Shown here piece after piece: positions 1 through 12,400 of a DNA stretch of 64,000 nt. Both the position numbers and the translations under genes were made by a program. The notes beneath the pieces are model-generated. The model was not told where the DNA came from. It was given only the letters and a program-made list of their open reading frames with translations, and ran no database searches. The stretch covers positions 10,480,001 to 10,544,000 of the forward strand of contig NC_087437.1 in assembly GCF_036321535.1 (NCBI RefSeq), in the 5' to 3' direction. How positions within the stretch are numbered: position 1 is the stretch's first letter; each line of letters opens with the position of its first letter. The DNA comes from Camelus dromedarius. Taxonomy: Eukaryota.

Positions 1-258
1 TCAGGAGGGGGAGTGACCTACCCACCCACCAGATAAGAGCTCAGCACCTGACCCAGTGTTGGGAGGGGGCATGATCTGCTAGCCAAAAGCCACTAGGAGC
101 AGCACAGAAGAGGGCTCCAACAGAGGGCCTCTGGAAACAGCAAGCTGAGTTCACAAAACAAGGCGAAGACACAAAGACCTCTCAATAAAATCATTAAGAG
201 CACAGCGTCTCCAGGAGAACTAGATAACTGATACTCCTTAAGCCAGTGCCAGAGAGAT

Positions 259-1175
259 ATGAGCAATATGAAGAAGCAGAGGAACCACTCCCAATTAAAA
301 GATCAAGAGAAATCCCCTGATGGAATTCTCTTGGAATTCCTGGAATCATGGAAATAGATATTGGTGCCCTGCTAGATCAGGATTTCAAAAAAGGAGTGAT
401 CAAAGTACTGAACGAACTAAAAGAAATAGTGTTTAGAGATATAAAATATGTCAAAAATGAAATAGAAGCTATAAAGAAGAACCAAGTAGAACTGGTAAAC
501 TCACTTGCTGCGATGAGAGCTGACCTAAAGGCTGTACAAATCAGGCTAGATAATGCAGATGAACGAATAAGTGACCTAGAAGACGGGACAACAGAAAGCA
601 CCCAATCAGAACGGCTGAGAGAAAAACAAATAAAAAACAATGAAAACAATATAAGGGACCTAGGGGATAATATAAAGCATGCCAATCTATGCATAATAGG
701 GGGTCCAGAAGAGGAAGAAAGAATAAAGGGGATTGAAAAGGTATTTGAAGAAATCATGACTGAAAACTTCCCAAACCTAAAGGAATCAGATATCCATGTA
801 CAGGAGGCTCAGAGGGTCCCAAACAGGAAGAACCCAAACAGACCTGCACCAAGACATATCATAATCAAGATGGCCAGAGTCAAGGATAAAGAAATGATCC
901 TAAGGGCAGCAAGAGAAAAACAAAGAGTGAGTTACAAGGGAACTCCCATAAGGCCCTCAGCTGATTTCTCTGCACAAACACTACAGGCCAGAAGGGAGTG
1001 GCAAGATATATTCAAAGTCCTGAATGAAAAAAAGATGCAGCCTAGGATACTGGATCCAGCAAGGCTATCCTTTAGAATAGAAGGAGAGATAAAGAACTTC
1101 ACAGATAAGCAAAAACTAAAAGAATTTAGCCACACTAAACCCATGCTGAAAGAAATATTGACAGGTCTACTTTAA
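259..1175 (+). pseudogene. L1 ORF1p (coiled coil, RRM, CTD), frameshifted near the N-terminus; 275-aa open segment 348-1175
   Basis: Motifs AEERISDLED-like, ENFPNL, QEAQRVP, PRHIIIK, AAREK, ARREW, PARLSF. The ATG at 259 matches the copy-2 start; a net +17-nt insertion at 321-343 shifts the frame. Confidence 0.92.
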
Positions 1176-1319
1176 ATAGAAAAGAAGCAGGATGCTACAG
1201 AAATGAGAAACTCATAACTGGAAAGGAGATAACTGCCATGAATATCAAAAATAATAAACACAAAATTGTAAATAGAAGATATCTAAATCATTAAGAGTGG
1301 GAGAGGGAAGCAAGGAAAG

Positions 1320-1688
1320 CCACTGTGGAAAGCAGTATGGAGATTCCTCAAAAGACTAGGAATAGACTTCCCTTTAACCCAGGAATCCTGCTCCTGGGCA
1401 TATATACAGAAGGAACCCTACTTCAAAATGACACCTGCACCCCAATGTTCATAGCACCACTATTTACAATAGCCAAAACATGGAAACAGACTAAATGTCC
1501 ATCAACAGATGACTAGATAAAGAAGAAGTGGTATATTTATACAATGGAATACTATTCAGCCATAAAAACCAACAACATAATGCCATTTGCAGCAACATGG
1601 ATGCTCCTGGAGAATGTCATTCTAAGTGAAGTAAGCCAGAAAGAGAAAGAAAAATACCCTATGAGATCGCTCATATGTGGAATCTTAA
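1320..1688 (+). pseudogene. L1 ORF2 C-terminal remnant (~120 codons), disrupted
   Basis: Translates to PLWKAVWRFL...GILLLGIY...TCTPMFIAPLFTIAKTWKQTKCPSTDD*, then FAATWMLLENVILSEVSQ; contains a frameshift and an in-frame stop. Confidence 0.9.
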
Positions 1689-2029
1689 AAAAATAAATAA
1701 ATAAATACAAAACAGAAACAGACTCATAGACATAGAATACAAACTTGTGGTTGTCAAGGGGGCGGGAGGTGGGAAGGGACAGACTGGGATTTTAAAATAC
1801 AGAATAGATAAACAAGATTATACTGTATAGCACAGGGAAATATATACAAGATATTGTGGTAGCTTACAGCAAAAAAAAAAAAATGTGACAATGAATATAT
1901 ATATGTTCATGTATAACTGAAAAATTGTGCTCTACGCTAGAACTTGACCCAACATTGTAAAACAACTATTACTCAATAAAAAAAAATGTAAAAAAAAAAA
2001 AAAAAAGAGCACTAGGACCATCTCCTGGT

Positions 2030-2460
2030 CTAATATTGGGTTTTAGACCCTGGATCTTGACAGGGAGCCCCCAAGTCCCTTGGAATTTCCTGGGTGATAG
2101 GGGTGTCTTTTTTTCTAACAAGGCAACTCTTGGTAGGCTCCTGGGTAGCTTCAAATTGGGGGCTGGTTACCAGAAAGATCAAGCCATGATTAGAAACTGG
2201 GGACCCTCAGCCCTACCCCCAACCCTCTGGGAACGGGAGAGGGGCTGGAGATTGAGTCAATGACAGATCATGCCTATGTGATGAAGCCCCCAAAGGATGG
2301 GGTTTGGAGAGCTGCTGGGTTGGTGAACACATCCAAATCAATGGAAAGATAGTGCTCCCCAGCTCCACAAGGCTGGAAGCTCCTGGGCTTGGGACCCTTC
2401 CAGATCTTACCCTATGTACTCCTTCATCTGGGTGTTCATCTGTATCATTATATAATGAAA
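2030..2460. mobile_element. Ancient ERV solo LTR, MER21-like
   Basis: Motifs 'cccttggaatttcctgggtgatagg' and 'gggagaggggctggagattgag...tcatgcctatgtgatgaagcc' resemble the MER21 consensus as recalled. Confidence 0.55.
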
Positions 2461-2479
2461 TGGAAAAATGGAAAAAAAT

Positions 2480-5218
2480 AAAAATAAAATAAAAACACCA
2501 AAATAAAGTCAAAGGTAAATGGTAAACTGGGGGGTGGGGGAGCGGGAACACTTGCAACATATTACACAGATAAGGAGCTGAGAAACCTACTATACAAATA
2601 ATGCTTTAAAATTGAGAGGGAAAAAAACTCAAAAATCCTAAAGAAAAATAAAGATATAAACAGGCAAAAGTTTTTAGGATATAAAAATGGTGCCTATACA
2701 TATGAAAGATATATGATACAACTCACAATGAAGGAAATGCAAATTAAAACTATAGGGAGATACCATTTCTCATCTATTAAACTGGCAAAGATTAAAAAGC
2801 ATGGCAATGTACTCTGTTTGTTGGTGAGGCTTTGGGGAACTGGGATGTTCATGCATTGCTAGCGGGAATGCAAAATGAAGGCAGATTTGTCTGTAGAGGC
2901 AACTTCAGCAGTATTTAATAAAACTACACAGACAATTCCACTTGTAGGAATTCATCCTGAATATTATGCTTCCAATAATATGAAAATGCACAAGGTTAAT
3001 CGTTGCAACATTAGGTGCAGTTGCAAAATACCAGAAACTATAAAACTATATAAATGCCCAAGCATAGAAGATTGGTTTATTATCAATCAAGCACTGTGAA
3101 GCTGTAAAAAGGAAAATGATCTCTACGAACTGATATAAACTTATCTCCCAGAGATACTGTTAAGCAAAAAAAAAAAAAAAATTTTAAAGTAAAATTCAAT
3201 AAAGCAGTTCGATAGGTGGGGGGAGGGGAAGGGAGAGAGAGCGAATGTCCCCTTTAAGGAAAAAAGAAGGGGAATTAAAATAACATACATTTATCTGTTG
3301 TCTCTTCCAAAAGAAACACAGGAAGGATAAGAACACAAAACAAGGATAGGAGGGGACGAGGTGGAAGGCATCTAGGAGAGAGAGACCCTCCTGACAGTAA
3401 CTTTTTGTATGCTTTTGAACTTTGGAAGCAAGCTACTGTTCTAGATGGTCATAAATGACATCAACAAAGATGGGAAGGAAAACAATCTCAAAACCTAAAA
3501 CCGAAAGCAAACCGAAACAGTGAACTCGATTCTATTTCAAGTGAATACCATGTTCATAGTGAACAGGGAGAAAAAAGGGGAAAAAAACCAATCTAAGAAA
3601 CAAGATGAGCAGAGTATCTGAATTCAAATATATGTCTTCGATCTTGTGCCAGGTTGTGGAGTTGAGGGGAACTGCACACAAAACCTAAACTCTTTTTTTT
3701 TTTTTTGGTTTGTTCATTGTAGTGGTATGAGCGAAGTAATTCTGAAAGCATCCTGGGTGATAGCAATAAAGGAATAAATGTGTCCCTATGGTTGGGAGGC
3801 AGGGTTCTCACTACCAAAGCAGGAACATCCAAACTACAGAATGGCAGAGGGTGGAAAAGAACCCTCTGGAGATGGACTGGATTTGGAGAAACTGGTGAAC
3901 CTATGTTTGTGCGTGCATGTATATGTAAGGATGTGTTTGCATACATGTACATATGCACATAGATTTATTCGCTTTGTATGCCTAAAGGCCTTAGACACAA
4001 AGATATCTCAGTGGCAATGAACACACCTAGCACACAGATCTTGTTTTTAATACCACTCCGCAGTAAAAGGAAACAGGGCTCCTCAGAAAATGGCCAATTC
4101 CGGGGCTGGGAAGGATGGATTCAAGACGACCTTGGAATATCTTATACGGAAGTGCTCCCCAAAATGGTGAGGCCAAGTCATAGATGTGAGTCAGCTTGAA
4201 GGGGTTCCACTAGCCAAACCTGGGGAAATTGAGCACCAGAGGTTTAAGGACAGTAATGAATTATAAACTATTGAGAGGGGGAAAAAAAGGAAACTGTAAG
4301 TTCTTACTGCTAATAAATTCATAAAGAAATGAGAAAGAAAGGGGGGATCTTATTTATGGTAGAATGTAGGTGTCAGAGGATACATGTGGAATACCAGAGT
4401 TTTGCTCATTTTGCAACCATCAGAGAGAAAATCAGTTCAAGCAAGAATCATCAACTGATGCTAAATCTAGGAGAAAGTTTGATGCGGGGCAGCATACTCA
4501 CATGATCTTAGTGTGTTTCCCACAGATTGCTTACTAGCTGTAAGGAAAAAGTTAGTAACTACACAGTGGAGACACAGGACAACCCTTGACCAGGTGACCA
4601 AAACTGACACGACTAACATGGAGCAGACCAACATCGTGGGCCCTCAGTTGACCCCTGAGGTATCCAGTGTCACTTACGTAATATTCCAGCCAGGAACGCA
4701 TAAACTGGCTAATCACTAGGAAACATCAGGCAAACTCTGAATGAGGAACTTCCGTCATAAAAGGCAAAGAAAGGCTATGAAAATGTTCCAGATTAAAGAA
4801 GATTAAAGAGACAAGACAGCAAGATGCAATGCCCTTTGCTGGACAGGCTCCTGGACTGGGAGCCAGGCTGAGGAGTGAAGAGGGAGCTAAAAAGGGCATA
4901 CTGGGTCTGTAGACACAATGAGGGTAGAGATGAAATGCACACTGTGGCTCTGGGCTTCCCCCAGTAAGGCACCGTGATGTACGCAACTGACTCTAGCTGA
5001 TCCACAAAGAAATATGTACTTACGTCTGCGTGTACACATATATACACACACACACGCGTTATACAGAGAGAGAGAGAGAGAGCAGGTGCACATGGGGGAA
5101 AATGTTAACAATACATGAACCTGAATAGAGGAAATCTCTTCTTTCTACTATTCTCATTCTTGAAACTTTCGGTGCACTTAAAATTATTTCCAAATAAAAG
5201 TTATTTAAAAAAAAAAAA
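2480..5218 (+). mobile_element. Ancient L1M (L1MC-like) ORF2 3' end plus long 3'UTR, degenerate
   Basis: 'gaaatgcaaattaaaac...gataccattt' ORF2-end motif, 'gcaatgaacacacctagcacacagatcttg' 3'UTR motif, ends 'aaattatttccaaataaaag' plus A-tail. Confidence 0.65.
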
Positions 5219-7297
5219 GAGTATGCTATCAACTTTATTTAGGGAAGACCAAAAAAAAAAAAAAAAAGTCTAGGTTAGCACAAAACAGTGTAGGTTAATA
5301 TCAAAATAAGCTAGAAATTCATTTTAATCTAGATCGAAAAAACATTGCAAGCTAATTTTAATTAAATGACTTTAATATTTATAAGGCCATGTGCTGAAGT
5401 AGTTTTAATACAATAGCTTGCAAATTATAGTACAACCAAGAGAGTAGAGTATATGTGATAAATAGCAATGATTTAACAATGTGCCGTTGATTAGCTGGTG
5501 TGTTCCTGAGAGCCTGGCAAGAAAGACCTGCTTAGTGATCAGAAAAATATTGGGGTGTCTAATCAGCAGTCTTTATAGATTTGGAATAAATGTTTTAGCT
5601 ACATTACTCTTAAAATTATATCACATTCCTTTTTCGTATTTCAAAACGATGTCTTGAGACTCAGCAGTAGTATCTTTTCAATTTCACATTTTTAGTGCTT
5701 ACCTTTACCTAGATATTAATGTTGAGGTTCTGGAGACACAGAGGGCTGACATCAGAACATTTTTATTTCAATATTTGCTTCCTAAGGACCAGTGTAAACA
5801 GAATATAAGCTATTGCTTGCCCAGTATTCAGACAGCTTATATTAGCAGGTCAGCTCTCCCTTTTCTCAAGGAGCTGAGGCTGGATCCCAGAGGGCTGGGC
5901 TTGCGTAACGTGACCCCAGGCTTTGTTTTCCTGCATTTGTTTCATTTTAAAGGAGCCAAATTTGTTCTAGATCTGAGATATTGTTAACTTCAAAAGCTTC
6001 CTGTTAATATACCATAGCAAGAAAGTATAATTTACTTATTCATGAATTATCTGCTACTTAGAGTTGAATCAAATGAGCTAATTCTTTGCTTGTTTACTTA
6101 ATAGGCTAAGTCAAAACAGTCATTAGTGGCCATTAGTGAATGAAATAGTATTTGTTTTTTTTCTTTAATGTTTTCTAATTCCACTCTTGTATTTCACATG
6201 TATTGATTTTATATAAATACACCTCTGATGAAGGCATGCCTTTTAAAAAGCTCACATTTAATATCTCGAAATTGCCCATAGAAACAAAAGGAAAATTCAT
6301 AAGTGATCGATTTTCTGTGGTTGACATCAAATCCTGTCCTTGCAGTTGCAATGAACTTGGCTCCGTCAGTCTGTAGTGATTCCAGCACTGGCAGGGAGAC
6401 AAGAGAAGGGAAGAAGTAAACGCAACGTAGGAAGAAAAGAATGAAGAGGAAACGGGAAACAACAGAGGCAGGAGAAATGGCATGTCAGTGGGAAAGAAGA
6501 TAGAAGAGATGTTAAGAAAAGAGAAGAAAGGGAAAATGAGAAAGAGGCCGAGAAGGAAAAGTGGGAGATTAAAAGTTCTCTCTCAGCTGGAGGGCTAATG
6601 AAAAGACCCTGAGCTGGAACCACTCTATCCACATTTTGATGACAGGGAGTGCCAACTAGATCAGTAAGCAGAGAAGACAATTTCCTGTATTGCCCATTGC
6701 TTCTGTTTGTTTCATATCGATTTATTTTATGTAAGTGAGAACTTAGCGTGCATGAAAGTCTTCCTTAATACTTGTACGACATGTAAACAGTTGTTCTAGA
6801 GCTGGATGCTAACGATAATGGATGACTGGGTTGAGCAGAGGCCCTGCAACATGCCTGGAATGGGTAAGAATTGCCAACTATTAATAAAGCAGTTTTCTTC
6901 CTGTTGTCGTTGTATGCCGTTCTTTGAAGCATTCCCTGAGGAATATTTTTAAACAAGCTTAGACAGAACTTGTCATGGTCTCATATAACTGCTATTGAAC
7001 TGTTCTGAGCTTTGAATCAGCCGCGTATCCTTTGTATGACAAAGAAAAACAATCTGTCACAAAAGTGCGTGAAAGTTGACAAGACTTTCTCGAACAGCTA
7101 TATCCTGGGAATACATATTTATGAAGGTTTTTAAACACTAGCTTGGAAAACACATACTACATCCTCAGATTGTTTAAAATAGGAACCACTGCCCTGAACA
7201 ATCCGGACAACTTACTTTGCAGCTAAACCTGTGGTTTTCCGAGCATCAAGGAGCCTGTCATGTCCTGCATTCAAGAAAGAACCTGTGTTTGTGTTTG

Positions 7298-7461
7298 CTT
7301 TCAGTATTTCAGTTTATGATTAACTATAGACATTAGTCAAAATAACTGTCTCAACTTGTCTTAATGCTTATCTAATTTCCTTTCAGTATTTTAATTTATG
7401 GTTAGATATAGACATTAGTCAAAATAACTGTCTCCATGTGTCTTCATGTTTATAAAATTTT
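7298..7461. repeat. Diverged tandem duplication, 2 x 82 bp
   Basis: 'ctttcagtattt' at 7298 and 7380; 'tatagacattagtcaaaataactgtctc' is identical in both units. Confidence 0.9.
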
Positions 7462-9882
7462 CCCAAACTACATCAATTATTCTTTAATATTCTATCACTA
7501 TATAATGAAAGCGATGGGTTTATCTAAAGGCAATGAGAAAGCAAAAAAGTCAAACGAGGAGATCATTTTTCCCTCTTGTCTAAAAAATACTTTTCTCTTT
7601 CAAATCTTACAATTAACCCATATAATTTTTTAAGTGGACATCTATCCTGGTTTTAAAAGTACTGAAACTGCCACAGAGTGATATATGAAGGCTCTTAGGA
7701 CACATAAAATTTTACACGAGAACAGGTGACGACTCTAGTTGGGTTTACAGAAGCCCGTAGAATAAATGGTATCTTTGCTTTTAATTGATGATGGAGTTTA
7801 TTTCAGGATTCCCACTATTGAGCACACACAGCCTTCTAGCAAAACACCACACTATGTTATACTCTTAACAAGAGGCAATACAATTCCAAGGTTTCCGTAT
7901 AATAGTCAAGCATAACTGTTACCACTGTCCTTGTTTATCTGCATAGCATTCATAATTACATCTCCCAGGGTTCTTTCTTTGACTTCCAAATAATACTATC
8001 TGCCTTTTGAACAAGAGTCATCTGAGACAAAATGATATAAAGGTAACTTTGCCACCAATTAATTTAAGGATCATTGTAATTCATGAACTTCTAATTCCTG
8101 TACTTAAGACACCAAGATACTATTTCCTCCCATCTCTGCTTGTGACATTTATCTCAGATGAGAACTAAATACCAAGAAGACCTTAAAAATTAAGGCCAGT
8201 GTCAAATGCATTAGAATATAAAAGCATAGATAAGAAAGTATAGAATTTTTGAGCTGATGGAGACTTTAAAGATAATATAACCAACATTTTAAAAGAAACC
8301 GAAGTCCAAGGATATGAAAAGACCTTCCAAATCTTGCATAGCTCATTGTGGGCTTGAAGCTGATGTGAGAGTAAGTGGAAAGGAGACTCAGTACCTTGAT
8401 AAGTACATGAGGAAGGATAAGAGAGAAAACAAAGTCTTGGCAATGTAGGTAACTGGACAGGATCTACCGTATCCCCATGGGGGCAGCATGGTATGTGGAA
8501 CACTGCCCAGGGCATACCCTCTAACACAGTTGTGAGCTGGAACGCTAATCTTCCAAGGTTGCTCCTTGACCCCAAGCAAGAGCCAATGGGCTTTTCACCA
8601 TCACTTTGCATACACAATCTGTCCCTAAATGCCATAAGCAGCAACTACCCTGAACTCTGACAGGTCTAAATTTTTTTATCAACAGAAAATACCAGGCTTT
8701 AATCAAATGCATAAAGAAAATGTTTTCAATAATGAAGTCTATTCTTTGGTGTTTTTTTTTTTTTTTTAAATGAGTCAGGAAGCAGAATGGAAAGGAAGGA
8801 TGTATCTCAGATAACACAACCTCTATGACTAAGGAGGAGAAGGGAAAACCTTCCAGCTCTCCAAGTGAAAATCCCCTTCTATTTTAAGGAACACTCTCTT
8901 ACTTGAAGGAAGCTCTCAAATGAGTAACTAGGGTTGGATCATATTCTCCTGGGACATCTACTTTCCAAAGAATAAGCCTTTAATGCATCGATAGGAAGGG
9001 GGGAAACAGACACTGACAATTAAGAAGGAGACACATCCATTTCCAAACGCCCTGTGCATTCTGCTCTGCTCACGTGCGCAGAGGCTGGATGAAGCCAGCA
9101 GAGAGCAAATTTCCACTGTGTGGAAGGAGGAAGTGTCCAACACGAGTTCTCAGGTCCCAGGGCTTTCCACGGCCGCTTTTTTGGAGCTACTGGCCTCACC
9201 AAGCCTCTGCTTGACCTTAGAACGACGTGTCCCAGGGGCAGAGACATGGGTGGAGATGATGGTGCTTTGAAAACTTTGTCAGCTTTCAGGGTGAAATCAT
9301 AAGTGTGTACTTTAAGTCAGACTGGACAGAGACACGTATGAATAGCTGCTGTGTTATTGCTCACCCATTTAAAATGCAAATGATGGAACCAAAAATTACC
9401 AAAGCCCACACTCCAGATGTTCTCATTATTCACACCGCTTTTTCTTTTTTCTTTTTTTTTTTTTTTTTGGCTACACGTATCCTCTCCTCCATGTCTCTGA
9501 ATTTATAACCCTCTTTATGAAAACTCCTCCTTGTTTCTTAAATAACTTTGTTGTATATATTTAAAGAGTTGGAATGAAAAAAAATTAAACTCTCATTTTC
9601 CCAAGTAACGAGGAAAATAGATCTTCATCTCCACATCCCCGAAGTCAGTTATAGGGAAACAAACTAACAAGAGCATAAAGCGGCAAACAGTCAATTTATG
9701 AAGAGACATGCGTGGCTCAGTGGAAACAACGTGGCCCAGTTTTACTCGAGAGCAAGCGAGGAGAGGAATGTGCTAGGACCCATAAGGGAGGAGTTAAAGT
9801 TCCCGGATTAGTGCCCAGCTCCCGCCATGAAATTGCTTAATTCAGTCTTCTTGAACCTGGGGGAACACACATCACACACATA

Positions 9883-9885
<3 letters not shown>

Positions 9886-9928
<43 letters not shown>
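9886..9928. repeat. (CA)n microsatellite
   Basis: Read directly from the sequence. Confidence 0.97.
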
Positions 9929-9929
<1 letters not shown>

Positions 9930-10614
9930 GAGAGCCCCTCTCTTTCTACATGACGGGAAAACCCTGCTGCTGGCCATAAACCGGATCTGACTCCAAGCAG
10001 ATCAAGAGAGAGCAGGTCCCTTTCCTCCCAACCCCCACCACAGCAGGAGAATCTCCCTCTGGGGCCCCTGACCAGCACTACCTGTGGACCCTGGAGTGGG
10101 ATGGTTAATTTCCTCGGTCCCCAATGTCCTGGTCTGTTAGCTGGGCAGTCCCAGTAGTCCTTCCTTCTGGACTCACGGGGAGAAATCGATGAACGAGACA
10201 TGCCACGTACACAGACAGCCGGTGTTCAGCAAATAACTTTCTCTATTATTAAAACAGGGGACCTAGGAGGAGAGAGGGCAGTCAGAGTTGTTGGTCTGAT
10301 GGTTTGTTTCTGTTTTTTGAAGAGGGTAGGGGGAAGGGAGGAGTGAGTTGTTGTAACCATGGTGAGTTTCACATCTTCTAAAACAGTTTTATTTCACGTG
10401 GAGAGAATTGGAAGTGTAAGTCTGGACTCGACTGAGAGGTCAGAGCTAAAGGGTAAACAGAATGAATTTGTAGTAAAAATATTTGCTCGGTTAATGTATA
10501 ACTTCTTCTGACAACTGCCAGCTATGCAAGGCCATGAGCAGAAAAAGATAGGTGTACTCATGGCTCAGGTGGGAGCTCAGGAACCGACAGATACGAAAGC
10601 TGTGGTTGGCAAAG

Positions 10615-10785
10615 CCCAGCAGCCACCCGAATCACCTGGAGGGCTTGTTCGACCCGAGAGCTGGGTGCCGCCCAGGAATTTCCAAAGCAGGGCCGGGATG
10701 GGAGGGCTTGAGGATGTAACAGGCTCCCAGATGGTGCTGATGCCACTAGTTCAAGGCGCACTCTCTGACTCTGAATAGCACCGGT
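10615..10785. mobile_element. MER5-like hAT-Charlie DNA transposon relic
   Basis: 'gaatcacctggagggcttgtt' and 'aacaggctcccagatggtgctgatgc' motifs. Confidence 0.6.
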
Positions 10786-10859
10786 CCAGAGAACTAAGAG
10801 CAGAGCTGTGATCCTTGTTAAGCCTCTAGTCTAGATTTAAAAGGGTGAAGAAACTTCAC

Positions 10860-11060
10860 GGTTGAGTACCTACTCAACAAAGTGCCAAGACTTTCACAGG
10901 CGTTATTAACTTCATGAGGTCAACACTCTCAAGAAGTAGATGCTATCATCCCATTTTTTTCAGATGCATAGATTGCAACTCAGAGTTGGTCCCAGGCTCT
11001 CATGGCTGCCTGTCATCCTGCCCAGTCTGAACTTTTAGAAACCTCGTCCCTTCCTATTGG
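10860..11060 (-). mobile_element. MIR SINE
   Basis: 'tatcatcccattttttcagatg...aactcagag' is the reverse MIR core. Confidence 0.6.
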
Positions 11061-11529
11061 CAATCGTAGTCATGAAGAGTCTGTGAAAATGCTTTGGGAG
11101 AATTGGGACCTTCAGACTCTACCTCGGAAATCTGGAAATCTCAGAAATGCACCTCTAGGATGACTCACAAGTCTGACCCTGCCTACCTGTCTGGAATCTA
11201 ACAAGGAAACCCACAAGCACCAGCTCAGTATTTTTTTCCTTAGAATTCGGCAAGCCATCATGATCCCCTGGAGCAAGGAATCTTAGTGCTGCAAGTAAAA
11301 GTGGTGATTATCCACGCTGGCATTGTATTTCCTTAAATAGGAAAAAAAATGCTTGCAGACAAGCGGGGTGGGGAGCAGAGACAACACTCTCCGGTGCTGC
11401 TGGGAAAGCCCACTTAGTGATGGCTCTGAATAGCAGCAGCAATAATAGAGGAAGGGGAGGAATCACCTCTCCCAACCTCGTCTCCCTGCCTGTTGTGATC
11501 CTAAAGCCTTATTTTACTCTTTCGTTCTC

Positions 11530-12400
11530 CATTTATTTTTTTTTTTCCAGCAAATATTTTTTTAGTGCCTATCATGCCCCAGGCACAAAGCAGGTCTCAA
11601 GTGAAAAAGGCTCTGTCCTTCCTTCCAGACACTCAGTCATAGGCAGACACACGCATCATGCAGGATGTGCACAGTATGTGGCGTGATGGAACTGACAGTG
11701 ACCGGGAGACGCACAGGAGATGGAGAGGATCCCCTAACCCAGCTAGGGACAGTGGGAGGGCAGCAGGAGTGAGGTCTCAGAGAAAACTCAGATGAGAGTG
11801 AGCTGAGTCTTAATGAATGAGTTAGTCAAGAGTGGCGGGGGGTGGAGAAGGACAGCATCATGAGTAGAAAACACATTCAACAGAAGGACCACAATTCGGG
11901 GAGGGTATGGCTCAGTGGTAGAGCCTATGCCTAGCATGCACAAAGTCCTAGGTTCAATCCTCAGTTCCTCCATTAAAAATAAATAAATAAAATAAAGCTA
12001 ATTGCCTCCTCCCCAAAAAAATTAATTAAAAAAAATTTTTTTAAAGGGCAGCAAAAATCAAGGCTGCCGGGATGTAGCTTGGCAGGTAAAAGTGGTGAGC
12101 AGAGAGCCTAATGGGAACCAGATCATGTAAAAGTTTTTAAGCCGAGTGAAGAAACTTGGAATGTATCCTGTAGGCGATGCCCGTGAAGAACTAGCAACAC
12201 ATTTTATTCAGGAGAGTAATGTGATCTAATTGCCATTTTTTGATAGATGATCCCAGCAAGCTGTGTGGAGGGTAGTTTTTAAGAGGGCAAAACAAGTCAA
12301 GAGACAAATTAGATGAAAGATTGAACTAGAAAGACGGGAAATGGTGGCAAGGAAAGAAAGGAATAAATATATTTGAGACATATTTTGGAGGTAAGTCAGA
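11530..12400 (-). mobile_element. L2 LINE relic interrupted by a young SINE
   Basis: 'caaatattttttagtgcctatcatgccccaggcac' is a reversed L2 3' end, followed by purine-rich L2-like body. Confidence 0.6.
11898..12044 (+). mobile_element. tRNA-derived SINE (camelid Vic-1 type)
   Basis: Head ggggagggtatggctcagtggtagag (A box), ggttcaatcc (B box), then aataaataaa...ctaattgcctcc and an A-rich tail. Confidence 0.85.

Larger units (their letters stand above)
1..2006 (+). mobile_element. ORF1-only internally deleted LINE-1 derivative (HAL1-like), copy 1; 5' part lies outside the window
   Basis: End of 5'UTR, then L1 ORF1, ~145-nt spacer, ORF2 C-terminal remnant from ~1320, L1 3'UTR, AATAAA (1975-1980) and poly(A) ending 2006. 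Colinear with 55391-57360; 15 mismatches in the first 300 nt by manual count. Confidence 0.93.

Noticed and set aside
377..757. 126-aa antisense ORF also open at 55750-56130
   Set aside because: Shadow frame of A-rich ORF1; staying open in two ~95% identical copies is expected without selection.
348..1175. Domesticated ORF1-derived gene (L1TD1-like)
   Set aside because: It sits inside a young poly(A)-tailed element, has an N-terminal frameshift and a mutated YPARLS motif (LDPARLS), and has a near-identical paralogous insertion.
1..2006. Segmental duplication or misassembly explaining the two copies
   Set aside because: Similarity stops at the poly(A), the 3' flanks differ, copy 2 has its own TSD, and each copy has private indels.
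11898..11972. tRNA gene (also 18081-18153 and 34284-34357)
   Set aside because: Each tRNA-like head runs into a SINE body and A-rich tail, with degenerate stems and, in two cases, TSDs.
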